DNA of 64,000 nucleotides, from contig CAWCKY010000006.1 in assembly GCA_963796275.1 (NCBI GenBank), forward strand, positions 2,016,001 through 2,080,000, given 5' to 3'. A program made the translations under genes and the position numbers. Below the pieces are notes generated by a model, which searched no databases, was not told where the DNA came from, and was given only the letters and a program-made list of their open reading frames with translations. Below are positions 15,873 through 25,846 of the stretch, piece after piece. The first letter of the stretch is position 1, and the number at the start of each line of letters is the position of its first letter. Origin of the DNA: an uncultured Acidobacteriota bacterium. Its GTDB lineage: Bacteria > Acidobacteriota > Blastocatellia > RBC074.

Positions 15873-17870
15873 ATGAAATCGATCAAAAATGTCAAACCTT
15901 GCGATCTGCCAGTCAGAACCATATGCAGCGCGCTGCTATTTTGTCTGATGACATGTTATGTCTTCGCACAAGAAGGCTGGTGGATGAACGAGCCGATCCG
16001 CTGGGTGCAAACCAATCTGCGGCAGGTCGATGCAACGCTCGACGCACGGCGGTTGGCCGGGCAGTTGGCCGAGATGCGCGCCAACGTGGTGCTGATGGGA
16101 ATGGGAGGCATCGTATCGTATTACCCGACATCTGTGCCGTATCACTATTCCAGCCCAGATTTGCCGGCGGGCCGCGATATGTTCGGCGACGTGCTGCGCG
16201 AATGCCACGCGCGGAAGATTCGGGTCGTCGGCCGATACGATCTGAGTAAAACGCGGAAAGATGTTTACGATGCGCATCCCGAATGGTTTTTCCGCCAGGC
16301 CAATGGTGAGCCGGTTATTTACAATGGATTGTATTCGACATGCATCAACGGCGGCTATTATCGCGAGCAGGCGCTCAAGATACTGTCAGAAGGTCTCGAA
16401 AAATACGATGTCGACGGCCTGTTTTTCAATATGTTCGGCAACCAGTCGCGCGATTACAGCGGACGTTACGTAGGCCTTTGCCATTGCGATGTCTGCCAAA
16501 CCAAATATCGCGCGGCATTTAACAAGGAGATTCCCAAGGAGCCGGATGACGATTACCGCAAGTTCATGTTCACCTCTTCGCGCGAAATCGCTGCGGTCAT
16601 CGGGGATTTGATTCACCAGAAGCGGCCGCGGGCGGGCTACTTCAACTACATTCAGGAATATACAGATGGCATTATGTCGGAATCGAACACGGCGATATCG
16701 CGGCCGCTGCCGCTCTGGCTCTACTCGGCGAGCGACAATGTAAACCGCGCGCGCAACAGCCAGCCGGGCAAGATGGCGATCGACCTGAACATGCAATTTG
16801 TAGATTACTGGTGGCGCTTCGCTACCGTGCCGCGTGGTCAAATTGCGCTACGATCCTGGCAGAACATCGCGCACGGCGGCGCCCTCACCTTTGAGATGAA
16901 CGGGACTTTCGATCAGCAGGATCGGCAGGCGCTCGAGACGTCCAAACCGATCTTCCGCTGGGTAGCGGCGCACGAACAATATTATTCCAATCAGCGGAGC
17001 GCCGCGCGCGTGTTGCTGCTGGGCGCTGGCCGGGAGACTGGTACGGAAGCTTATCGCGGGCTGTTTCGCTTGCTGGCCGAAGAACACATACCGTTTGCGG
17101 TTTCGGACAATATGGATTGGGAGGGCAAGCGGGAATTCGACCTCGTCATCGCCGCCGATAGTGCGCCCGTCGGGTTGCAGCGATATGCCGAAAGGGGCGG
17201 CAAGGTACTGATAGTCAGCGCACGTGCGCCTGAATTCGAGGTCGCGCCGGTCGTCAATGAAATTAAGGATATTCGCGGCTATATCCGGGTGCGCGATCAC
17301 GCGGCGTATCCATCGTTGAAGGATACCGACCTTTTGATGTTGAACGGTCCATTCACCGAAGTACGCGACAGCGGTCCGGCAACATTGACGCTCGTGCCTC
17401 CATCGATGTTCGGCCCGCCGGAATTCATTCACATCGATATGAAAGACACGGAGACGCCGGCTATCGTCTTTAGGCAAATGGGACGAGGCGCGATCGCGTG
17501 GATTCCATGGAACCTGGGCGGGATGTATTACCGCCACAGTTTGATAGCGCACGCCGGGCTTTTCCGAGATGTGATTGGTCGTCTCGCCGTACCGCAGCAG
17601 TTACGCACAAATGCACACCCGCTGGTCGAGATGAGCCTGATGTATCAGAACGGGCATACTCTGTTGCACTTGATCAATCTGAGCGGTCACTCACAGACTG
17701 CCTATTTTGCGCCGGTGCCGATGACCGGTATTCAAGTTCAGATTGCCGGAGTTTTCAAAACCGCCAAGACAGTTCGCAGCCCGGGGAGTCTGGAGGTCAA
17801 GGTGGATAAGGGCTATACCGAATTTACTATTCCGCTTCTGTCGGATTACGAGTTGGTGGTGCTCGAGTAA
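15873..17870 (+). CDS. Secreted GHL6-type (GH151/GH42-like) glycoside hydrolase with trimerisation-like domain
   Basis: Signal peptide ending VFA-Q; YYPT...GRDMFGDVLRECHARKIRVVGRYD; DGLFFNMFG; CHCDVC; C-terminal LLHLINLSG. Confidence 0.75.
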   Translation: MKSIKNVKPCDLPVRTICSALLFCLMTCYVFAQEGWWMNEPIRWVQTNLRQVDATLDARRLAGQLAEMRANVVLMGMGGIVSYYPTSVPYHYSSPDLPAGRDMFGDVLRECHARKIRVVGRYDLSKTRKDVYDAHPEWFFRQANGEPVIYNGLYSTCINGGYYREQALKILSEGLEKYDVDGLFFNMFGNQSRDYSGRYVGLCHCDVCQTKYRAAFNKEIPKEPDDDYRKFMFTSSREIAAVIGDLIHQKRPRAGYFNYIQEYTDGIMSESNTAISRPLPLWLYSASDNVNRARNSQPGKMAIDLNMQFVDYWWRFATVPRGQIALRSWQNIAHGGALTFEMNGTFDQQDRQALETSKPIFRWVAAHEQYYSNQRSAARVLLLGAGRETGTEAYRGLFRLLAEEHIPFAVSDNMDWEGKREFDLVIAADSAPVGLQRYAERGGKVLIVSARAPEFEVAPVVNEIKDIRGYIRVRDHAAYPSLKDTDLLMLNGPFTEVRDSGPATLTLVPPSMFGPPEFIHIDMKDTETPAIVFRQMGRGAIAWIPWNLGGMYYRHSLIAHAGLFRDVIGRLAVPQQLRTNAHPLVEMSLMYQNGHTLLHLINLSGHSQTAYFAPVPMTGIQVQIAGVFKTAKTVRSPGSLEVKVDKGYTEFTIPLLSDYELVVLE

Positions 17871-17907
17871 CCTGGAATCAGTAAAATCGGGTATATTGGA
17901 GGGGCAA

Positions 17908-18537
17908 ATGTCCAATACCAATTCACAAAAACTGCTCAGGATCCCCGTTTTCATTCAGGATGGTACTTTCGTTTTAGCCAGCGATCGACAACCTCTTCCG
18001 GGATTTGATGACGGAGCATTCTGCGAGATACTGATCGATCCTTTTCATGTTCGCGACCTGTCAAGGCTGCGCGGAAGCGAGGCCGATAAGGAGGTTCCTT
18101 TTCTATCTAAAGGGACAAAACTCCTGGCCCAGGTGAACGGCAAAATGGTCCCCCATGATCTCAAGGGATTTCTGCACGATTCGCCGAGCGAAATAGAAAA
18201 TTGCGCGCTCGTCGAATTCAGCCTCCTCGGCGACCTCAATCTTCACCTCAGATCCAGGGGAGATGCGACGTTGACGGACGTGATGTGCTCATCTCCTTTT
18301 CTCGAAGGCAGAGAAGACCCGCCGGTCGCCAAGAGCGTTAATCACTCGTACACGCTAATCTCTACATATTTCGAGCCACACCGGAAATCCCACTCTGGAA
18401 ATGTCTTTAATAAGGTCTTCTACTGGTCGGTGAATGCAGCCAGCTGGGTGTCTTTACAGACCCTTCGTGACGAAATCCGGCGCGGGCGCAGGACAGATAA
18501 CGACAAGGAGACGACCAGGCAGGGCAAACTCTTTTGA
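17908..18537 (+). CDS. Hypothetical protein (209 aa) with RAMA-like C-terminal region and C-terminal QGKLF
   Basis: GGAGGG RBS before ATG 17908; open frame to TGA 18537. The domain call is inference. Confidence 0.7.
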   Translation: MSNTNSQKLLRIPVFIQDGTFVLASDRQPLPGFDDGAFCEILIDPFHVRDLSRLRGSEADKEVPFLSKGTKLLAQVNGKMVPHDLKGFLHDSPSEIENCALVEFSLLGDLNLHLRSRGDATLTDVMCSSPFLEGREDPPVAKSVNHSYTLISTYFEPHRKSHSGNVFNKVFYWSVNAASWVSLQTLRDEIRRGRRTDNDKETTRQGKLF

Positions 18538-18570
18538 TATAAGTTTCAGTCACATCGAACCTGGCCACCA

Positions 18571-19137
18571 TCATGCCATCGGCTCGTAGCACAACAAGAC
18601 GTTTCCATTTTTGAAGGCTCGCGTCTTCGTCAGCTTCAGACTCAGCTTCTCCTTGATCCCCTCGAACAGAGTTCTCCCTTGGCCGAGAATGACGGGATTA
18701 ATAACGATCTGGTATTCATCGATCAATCCCTCCTGCGCCAGTTGCGAAATTATGCTGCCGCTTCCCAATATCACCATGCCATCTCCGGCTTCTCGCTTCA
18801 TCTTTCGTATTTCCATCGGCAGCCCCTCCTTCACCAGAGTCGTGTTGTTCCACGACGCGTGGTCCATCGTTCTCGAAAATACGATCTTCTGCATGTTATT
18901 CATACCTCTGGCTATGTCAGGCATATTCTCGATCGCGAAAGGCGTCGGCCAGAAGCTAGCCATAAGCTCATATGTGATCCGGCCGAATACCAGAACGCCT
19001 CCTCCGCTCGCATTTTCTGCGACAAACTCATTCCACTCCGCATCCTGGCGGTCCGCTTTGGCCCAACTCATATCGCCGTTCTTATCTACAAAATAGCCAT
19101 CCAGAGTCACGTGATTGAAGGCAATCAATTTCCGCAT
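18571..19137 (-). CDS. Dihydrofolate reductase/RibD C-terminal family protein
   Basis: VTLDGY, VFGRITYE, ILGSGS, GLIDEYQIVINPVILGQGRTLF motifs. Confidence 0.9.
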   Translation of the reverse strand: MRKLIAFNHVTLDGYFVDKNGDMSWAKADRQDAEWNEFVAENASGGGVLVFGRITYELMASFWPTPFAIENMPDIARGMNNMQKIVFSRTMDHASWNNTTLVKEGLPMEIRKMKREAGDGMVILGSGSIISQLAQEGLIDEYQIVINPVILGQGRTLFEGIKEKLSLKLTKTRAFKNGNVLLCYEPMA

Positions 19138-19178
19138 TTTTTTCTCCTTTCATAAAAAATGCAGCCAAAATTTGAGCG

Positions 19179-19532
19179 TCATTTCAAGTTACCTTTATGC
19201 GATTTTTCATCGGGCTCGGCGAGCAAATCGCCCAGCCGATCCAACCGCCGCTCCCAGATCGAACGGCGGTCGGCGATCCATCGCTCCACTACCGAAAGCC
19301 CTTCGGGTTCGATGCGGCAAGTCCGCACCCGCCCGACCTTTTCGGTATATACGAGCCCGCTCTCTTCCAATACCTGTAAATGTTGAACTACCGCGGCAAG
19401 CGTGATGGCGAGCGGCTGCGCCAACTGCGAGACGGATATGGGTCCTTCGCAGATTTTCTCCACTATTGCCCGGCGCGTGGGATCGCCGAGCGCGTGGAAA
19501 ACACGCTGGATGCTGGCTTTTCTATTTGGCAT
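19179..19532 (-). CDS. ArsR/SmtB family transcriptional regulator
   Basis: FHALGDPTRRAIVE..AVVQHLQVLEESGLV..KVGRVRTC. Confidence 0.92.
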   Translation of the reverse strand: MPNRKASIQRVFHALGDPTRRAIVEKICEGPISVSQLAQPLAITLAAVVQHLQVLEESGLVYTEKVGRVRTCRIEPEGLSVVERWIADRRSIWERRLDRLGDLLAEPDEKSHKGNLK

Positions 19533-19552
19533 AGACGGTGCCTCGCCGCGTA

Positions 19553-20026
19553 TTAGCGAGCCAACTCCTTCCCCAGTCGTTCGAGCAGCTGGCGCCAACC
19601 CTCTTGACGAATTTGAAGACCGTCGGCGCCCTCAAAGAACGCCGCCTGTTCCGTGAAGATGAGGTCGGTCCCTTTATCCGTGCGTAAAAATTCAAAGGTT
19701 GCCAGAGATGCCGAGATGCGCTTTTCGCCAAAGGTCATCGTATACGCGATTACAACGCGACGCTCCGGCACAATGTCCTGATAACTGGTATCGCTCAAAA
19801 GCGCCGTACCCTCGAACGGAGTCCCCTCCTTGAAGCGAAAGCGGGCGCGTTCCACGCCGCCGACTCGAAAATCCATCACATATTCCTCGACCTCCAGTCC
19901 TTCGCCCTCGACAAACCAGCGGCGCTTTTTCGCCGGGTCCGTAAATGCGGCGAATACCCGCTCGGGCGTGGCGGGATAACTCCGCTCGATAACGTATGTT
20001 TCGTGCGTGACAGTTCGCTCTTCCAT
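19553..20026 (-). CDS. SRPBCC/AHSA1 family protein
   Basis: IERSYPATPERVFAAFTDP..DFRVGG..DIVPERRVV..GWRQLLERL. Confidence 0.9.
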   Translation of the reverse strand: MEERTVTHETYVIERSYPATPERVFAAFTDPAKKRRWFVEGEGLEVEEYVMDFRVGGVERARFRFKEGTPFEGTALLSDTSYQDIVPERRVVIAYTMTFGEKRISASLATFEFLRTDKGTDLIFTEQAAFFEGADGLQIRQEGWRQLLERLGKELAR

Positions 20027-20050
20027 CGAAATCCTTCCTTTCTATATTGG

Positions 20051-20109
20051 TTAAGTGCCGACTTAAGCATTCCACGGCGCGCGGCAAATTGTCAAGTCGA
20101 CACTTAAGT
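20051..20109. promoter_or_regulatory. Two palindromic operator-like sites (TTAAGT-N4-ACTTAA type) upstream of the SRPBCC-ArsR-DHFR operon
   Basis: ttaagtgccgacttaag (20051-20067) and tcaagtcgacacttaagt (20092-20109). Confidence 0.65.
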
Positions 20110-20441
20110 AATTTTTGTGAGGGAAGTAACCCGGGATTTAAACGCTCGTCATCAAAACTCTCACGATTTGCGATCATTACTATCTGAAAGGGACTCTCTG
20201 AAAGGGCAGTTGAGGTTAGCGGTGGTTCACTACGCTTCACCCACTGTGAATCTACACAAATCAGAGAATCTCGCAATCCCACCAAACGGCGGGAGGTTAT
20301 ACATATTGATTGGCCTCTTCTTAGCCCGATTCATCGGGCTTTCCCGCAGGGCATTAGGCCAGTCCTTTGAGGATTTGTCCTTTGAGGACTGGTGAGCTCA
20401 GGAGACCTAATCTCGAGGGCGCTTTAGCGTCCTTGCAGTCC

Positions 20442-20695
20442 GGCTTTAGCCACCAATGATCGAGCGACGGCTAAAGCCCGATAACAAGCCCGTTGAAAAC
20501 GGGCTAGGGATATATCCTTCAAGCTACCAGCCGTCAAACGGCCGGCCTATCTGCCCTGCGGGAAACCCCGGTAAACCGGGCTGAGGAGATACCTATCATT
20601 CTGTGCCGTCTCCTGCCATCGAGGGATTTCAAAATCAGAGTTGTAGATACCAATGACGCTTCACTCCCGGCTACATTCTGCTGTGCCTCCGGGCA
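20442..20695. repeat. Cluster of REP-like hairpins
   Basis: ggctttagcc/ggctaaagcc (20442-20478), agcccgttgaaaacgggct (20487-20505), gccgtcaaacggc (20530-20542), cccggtaaaccggg (20567-20580). Confidence 0.65.
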
Positions 20696-20839
20696 AACCG
20701 AAAAGTTTGGATTATGACAAGGCGATAAAACTGCTTTAAGCGGGAGACTGAGCAGGCGCGAGCCCGGGGAGGAATGGGAGAAGGGCGAGGAAGGTCAGAC
20801 GGATGGCTGGCCGATTGGGGATCACGGTCAGCTATTGCG

Positions 20840-21877
20840 TTATTTCATCAGGGGTGGGGCTGTTGACTCACGGATTCGCAATTCGGTTTTGAGCATGACG
20901 AGAGAATCCGCGGGCATCACGGAATGGCCGCCGGAGGGCTCAAGTTTGCCGAGCAGCATTTTCATGGCCTGTTTTCCGATTTCGTTCGTAGGCTGCGCAA
21001 CGGTTGTAAGTTTGGGGCGGAAATTTGCCGCCCACACGAAATCATCGAAACCGAGAATGCTGACTTGTTCGGGGCAGGAGACTCGCAGCTCACTGACGGC
21101 CTGCATCAGTCCGAGCGTCATTTTATTGTTACAAGCAAGAATTGCGGTCGGAAGTTCGGCCAGCCGCAGCAACTCGAGGCCGCCCTGGTAGCCGCTCTCA
21201 ATCTGAAAATCGCCACGATAAAAGTAATCCTCGCGCACCGGAAGGTGTGCCTCCTGCATAGCCCGGCGGAATCCTTCGATGCGGTCCATGCCGTTGGAGA
21301 GGCGTAACTCTCCGGCGATGATGGCGATACGCGTGTGTCCCAGTGCAATCAGGTGGCGCGTCGCTTCGTATGCTCCCCCGATGTTGTCCGACACGACGGC
21401 GCCGCCTCTGAAACCGATGGGAACACGATCGATAAATACAACTGGGAAACGGCGGCGGATGAGGCTGTCGTGGGCGGATGATGAATCGGTGCAGGCCAGC
21501 ACTACGCCGTCCACCCGCCGCGAGAAGAGCATACTCAACTGATGCTGCTCTCGTTGCTCGTCATCGCCGGAGTTGCAGAGAATGAGAGAATACCCGTTCT
21601 GCAGCGCTTCCGTTTCCAGGCCCTGAACGACTTCCGTGAAAAACGGGTTGGTGATATCGGGTACGACCATGCCGATGACGTTCGTCTTGCCGACCTTTAA
21701 GCTGCGCGCGACGTGATCCGGATGGTAATCGAGCGCCGCCATCGCTTCCAACACTCGCCGCGTCCGCTCGGCGCTCACTCCGCCTTTTCCGTTGACAACA
21801 GCCGAAACCGTCGCCACCGAAACATCAGCCAGCCGCGCGACATCAACCATCGTGTGTGACTTATTACCTTCGGCCAT
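20840..21877 (-). CDS. LacI family transcriptional regulator
   Basis: TMVDVARLADVSVATVSAVVNG HTH; YHPDHVARSLK; GFDD; LTTVAQP; RESTA. Confidence 0.95.
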   Translation of the reverse strand: MAEGNKSHTMVDVARLADVSVATVSAVVNGKGGVSAERTRRVLEAMAALDYHPDHVARSLKVGKTNVIGMVVPDITNPFFTEVVQGLETEALQNGYSLILCNSGDDEQREQHQLSMLFSRRVDGVVLACTDSSSAHDSLIRRRFPVVFIDRVPIGFRGGAVVSDNIGGAYEATRHLIALGHTRIAIIAGELRLSNGMDRIEGFRRAMQEAHLPVREDYFYRGDFQIESGYQGGLELLRLAELPTAILACNNKMTLGLMQAVSELRVSCPEQVSILGFDDFVWAANFRPKLTTVAQPTNEIGKQAMKMLLGKLEPSGGHSVMPADSLVMLKTELRIRESTAPPLMK

Positions 21878-21956
21878 AGATTTGACTCAATTTCTTCTCC
21901 TGATCTCCGTTTCAACATTTCGCTCAAGTTGCATGCGCGGGCGATAACATTTTGCC

Positions 21957-22191
21957 GCAATCTGAAACGTTTCAGATTGCAATTGTGTCGCCACTATTCC
22001 CCTCGGACTGTCATATTCTTTTTATAGATGTATACAATTACCGACATTCCGGGATAACGTTAGTCTCTTGACATCGGCTGGGAAGGTATTGTATGAAACG
22101 TTTCGAATTTTGTGAAGTCCAACATTTCCGGCGATACCACATATTTTTACGGGTATTGTTTTTACAGTCTGATTTGATATGAAACGTTTCA
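21957..22191. promoter_or_regulatory. Three LacI-type operators (TGAAACGTTTCA core)
   Basis: Perfect 24-bp palindrome gcaatctgaaacgtttcagattgc (21957-21980); tgaaacgtttcg (22094-22105); tgaaacgtttca (22180-22191), all between the divergent lacI and ABC operon. Confidence 0.85.
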
Positions 22192-22266
22192 GTCATTCAG
22201 ATTGGCCGATAGTTCTCTCCAGCGAGAAAACAGGGCAGTAAATTTCAAGGGCGCGCGCGACCTTTC

Positions 22267-23775
22267 ATGACTCACATCCTCGAAGCACGCAAGATCAGCA
22301 AGAGTTTTCCGGGCGTGGTAGCGCTCAACGAGGTGAATCTCGGCGTGCGCGGCGGCTCGGTTCACGCCGTCATCGGCGAGAATGGGGCGGGCAAATCAAC
22401 GCTGATGAAGATACTGTCCGGAGTTTACCGCGCCGATTCGGGGCGAATTCTGCTGAATGGTAGGGAGGTTGAGTTCGCTTCGCCGCGTGCGGCGGAGCGG
22501 GCGGGAATCGTCATCATTCATCAGGAACTCAATCTGGTTCCCGCGCTCTCAATCGCCGAGAACATCTTTCTCGGACGTGAGCCGGCGCGCTTCGGCTTTG
22601 TTAATCGGCGGAAGATGGAGCGGAACGCCGATTTTTTACTCGATCGCCTCGGGCACCGGCTCGATCCGCGGGCCACCTTAGGGAGTCTCAAGGTGAACGA
22701 TCAGCAGGTGGTCGAGATAGCCCGAGCCCTCTCGCTCGATGCCCGCGTACTGATTATGGACGAGCCGACGACGGCGCTCGCGGCAGGCGATGTCGAGAGG
22801 CTATTCGGCATCATTCGCGCTTTGGCGAGCGCGGGTACCAGCGTCGTCTACATTTCGCACAAAATGAACGAGCTGTTCCGCATCGCCGGAGAGTTCACGG
22901 TGTTGCGCGACGGCGAATTGATCGGACATCGCGTTGCATCCGAGACAAACCCCGGCGAACTGATGAGGATGATGGTCGGACGCGAGGTTACATATAAGCG
23001 GGAGAAACGTAACTGGCAGAGGAATGTAGAGCTTTTGCGCGTTGAAGGTCTCTGTTCGCGGGAGAAGGATGCGGTCGGACGCCGCCGCTTGTCGGATATC
23101 AGTTTCAGTCTGCGCGCCGGAGAAGTGCTCGGCGTCGCCGGGCTGATGGGCGCCGGGCGCACGGAACTGCTGGAAAGCCTCTTCGGCGTGCACAAGGCGG
23201 CAGGCGAGTCGCGCCTCGTGATGAACGGGCAGCCGCTCTTCGTTAACGATCCGCGACAGGCGATCAAGGCGGGTCTGGCGTTCGTCTCGGAAGACCGCAA
23301 CGCGCAGGGATTGGTGCTCAATCTCGATGTCGGAAGCAATATCACGCTCGCGCGGCTCGAACGTTTCAGCCGCCTCGGCTTCTTGCGGAAGGAGCACGAA
23401 GACGCGGCTTCCCGCGAGTACATCGCGCAACTTAGCATCAAGACGCCGGGCCTCCGCGCCGCGACAAAAAACCTGAGCGGCGGCAATCAACAAAAGGTCG
23501 TGCTGGCCAAGTGGCTGTTGACTGGGCCGAGCGTATTGTTGCTGGACGAGCCGACGAAGGGGATCGACATCAAAGGCAAGACCGAAATCTACCGCTTGAT
23601 CGAAGAACTCGCCGTGAGCGGTCTCGGCATCGTTCTCGTATCGTCGGAGCTTCCCGAACTGCTGGCTCTGAGCGACCGCATCATCGTGCTGCGTGAGGGA
23701 AGAGTCGCCGGCACTCTCGAACGTCAGGAGGCGACGGAGGAGCGCATCATTGAACTGGCAACTATCGGAAACTAA
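22267..23775 (+). CDS. Sugar ABC transporter ATP-binding protein (RbsA/MglA type)
   Basis: GENGAGKST, IMDEPT, LSGGNQQK, LLDEPTKGID; two ABC domains. Confidence 0.95.
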   Translation: MTHILEARKISKSFPGVVALNEVNLGVRGGSVHAVIGENGAGKSTLMKILSGVYRADSGRILLNGREVEFASPRAAERAGIVIIHQELNLVPALSIAENIFLGREPARFGFVNRRKMERNADFLLDRLGHRLDPRATLGSLKVNDQQVVEIARALSLDARVLIMDEPTTALAAGDVERLFGIIRALASAGTSVVYISHKMNELFRIAGEFTVLRDGELIGHRVASETNPGELMRMMVGREVTYKREKRNWQRNVELLRVEGLCSREKDAVGRRRLSDISFSLRAGEVLGVAGLMGAGRTELLESLFGVHKAAGESRLVMNGQPLFVNDPRQAIKAGLAFVSEDRNAQGLVLNLDVGSNITLARLERFSRLGFLRKEHEDAASREYIAQLSIKTPGLRAATKNLSGGNQQKVVLAKWLLTGPSVLLLDEPTKGIDIKGKTEIYRLIEELAVSGLGIVLVSSELPELLALSDRIIVLREGRVAGTLERQEATEERIIELATIGN

Positions 23776-24772
23776 AAAGCGCGCGTGGCGACTCGCAGGC
23801 TTCGCTGCGATGCACAGTCGCGTGAGGCGCATCCAGCTCGGCCGGTTCAAGCCATTTGTCGGATTATTCGCGGTGTTCCTGCTCGCGTGCGTCTTCTCGC
23901 CGGTGCGTCGCGGCGAACTTATCTTTTTGGACGCCGGCAACCTGACGGACATTCTCCGACAGATCTCAGAGAAGGGCATCCTCGCCGTCGGAATGACCTT
24001 CGTGATTCTTGCCGGGGCAATCGATCTCTCGGTCGGTTCGGTGCTCGCGTTCGCGGCAACGCTCTCTTCCGTAATGTTGATGCGCGGCGGCTACGGGACT
24101 CCGGAGACAGTCATCGCGGTGCTGGCTGCCGGGCTGCTCATTGGCGCGGTTAACGCGACGATCATCACGAAAGGACGCATTCAATCGTTCGTCGTGACGC
24201 TGGCGATGATGAGCGCGGCGCGCGGCCTGGCCCGGCTCGTGTCGGGAGGCTCCGGCGTCGAGATGGGTTACGGCGAGGCTGGCGCGCCGCAGAGCTTCTC
24301 TCTGGTCGGAGGTAAATTCGTCCTGCCTGTCCCGGCTCTGATTTTTCTGGCGACAGTAGCCATCGCGTGGATCGTCCTTAATAAAACGCGCTTCGGGCGT
24401 TACGTCTACGCCGTCGGCAGCAATGAAACGGCGAGCCGTCTGTCGGGCGTCGGCGTCGATTGGGTCAAGTTCTGCGTCTTCTCGATCTGCGGGCTATTGG
24501 CTGCGCTCGCCGGGATCATCCATTGCGCACAACTCGAACAGGGCAATCCGAACGACGGGGTAGCTTACGAACTCGACGCAATCGCCGCAGTCGTCATCGG
24601 CGGCACGTCGCTCTCGGGCGGCACCGGCACAGTTGTGGGAACGCTCGTAGGCACCCTGATTATAGGCATCATCAACAACATTCTCGGTCTCAACAACATC
24701 GACGCCAATCTGCAATTGATTTTTAAGGGCGTCATCATCATCGGAGCAGTGCTGCTGCAACGAAGGGGCTGA
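23750..24772 (+). CDS. Sugar ABC transporter permease (RbsC type); start uncertain (TTG 23750 or ATG 23810)
   Basis: GMTFVILAGAIDLSVGS, FGRYVYAVGSNE, YELDAIAAVVIGGTSLSGG motifs. Confidence 0.92.
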   Translation: MNWQLSETKKRAWRLAGFAAMHSRVRRIQLGRFKPFVGLFAVFLLACVFSPVRRGELIFLDAGNLTDILRQISEKGILAVGMTFVILAGAIDLSVGSVLAFAATLSSVMLMRGGYGTPETVIAVLAAGLLIGAVNATIITKGRIQSFVVTLAMMSAARGLARLVSGGSGVEMGYGEAGAPQSFSLVGGKFVLPVPALIFLATVAIAWIVLNKTRFGRYVYAVGSNETASRLSGVGVDWVKFCVFSICGLLAALAGIIHCAQLEQGNPNDGVAYELDAIAAVVIGGTSLSGGTGTVVGTLVGTLIIGIINNILGLNNIDANLQLIFKGVIIIGAVLLQRRG

Positions 24773-24794
24773 GATTTATCGAAAGACATCGAGT

Positions 24795-25769
24795 ATGAAA
24801 ACAATCCTGATAAAAGCGGAGCGGCCGGTTACGCGGCTTGCTGGCGGAAGCGCCGTCATATTACTGGCCATGCTCGGAGCAGCGTTTTCGGCGTGCAATC
24901 GCGGCGGCGAGGCGACCGGAAAATATATCATCGGCTTCTCGCAAGCCAACAAGGCGGAGCCGTGGCGAACGTGGATGGACAGCTCGCTGATGGAAGAAGC
25001 GGCCAAACACCCGAGGCTTGAGGTGCGCTATGCCGATGCGCAGCAAGACAACAGTAAGCAGGTCGCCGATGTGGAGAACTTCCTGAGGCAGCGCGTTGAT
25101 CTGCTCATCATATCTCCGAACGAAGCGAAGCCGTTGACCGGCATCGTCAAACGAGTCTACGAGAGCAATATTCCCGTCATCGTGCTCGACCGCAGCATCG
25201 AGGGCGACAGCTATACGACGTTCATCGGCGCGGACAACCGCGAGATCGGCAAAGCGGCGGGCGAATATGCGGCGCAATTGTTGAAGGGGAGAGGTATAGT
25301 CGTCGAGATCAAAGGCCTGCCCGGCTCCACGCCCGCGATCGACCGCAGCGCGGGCTTCCGCGAAGCTATAACGGTTCATCCCGGAATCAAAATCGTCGCC
25401 GATCCGGTGGCCGACTGGTTGCGCGACAAAGGCAGGGAACAGGCGGAAGCAGCCCTGCGCGCGAACGAAAAGATCGATCTGGTATACGGGCACAACGACC
25501 CGATGGCTATGGGCGCCTATCTCGCGGCGACGGCGATGAACCGCGCCGAGGGACTGAAGATCATCGGGATTGACGGTCTGCCGGGAACGGAAGGTGGAGC
25601 AAAGGCTGTGCTCGACGGAAAACTCGATGCGACGTTCCTTTACCCGAATTGCGGCAAAGAGGCCATCGAAACGGCGGTGAAAATCATGAACAAAGAACAG
25701 ACGCCGAAAAAGATCACGCTGCCGACGGCGCGGATCACCAGAGATAACGCCCCGCCGTTTATCGATTGA
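24795..25769 (+). CDS. Sugar ABC transporter substrate-binding lipoprotein (RbsB-like)
   Basis: Lipobox FSAC; IGFSQAN..EPWR; VDLLIISP; HNDPMA; IGIDG. Confidence 0.92.
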   Translation: MKTILIKAERPVTRLAGGSAVILLAMLGAAFSACNRGGEATGKYIIGFSQANKAEPWRTWMDSSLMEEAAKHPRLEVRYADAQQDNSKQVADVENFLRQRVDLLIISPNEAKPLTGIVKRVYESNIPVIVLDRSIEGDSYTTFIGADNREIGKAAGEYAAQLLKGRGIVVEIKGLPGSTPAIDRSAGFREAITVHPGIKIVADPVADWLRDKGREQAEAALRANEKIDLVYGHNDPMAMGAYLAATAMNRAEGLKIIGIDGLPGTEGGAKAVLDGKLDATFLYPNCGKEAIETAVKIMNKEQTPKKITLPTARITRDNAPPFID

Positions 25770-25846
25770 GTGGGCCGGATCACCAGCTATAAAAAAGATT
25801 GGCATAACCAACAAATATCGGCAGAAACACAAATAAAGGAGGTTAG

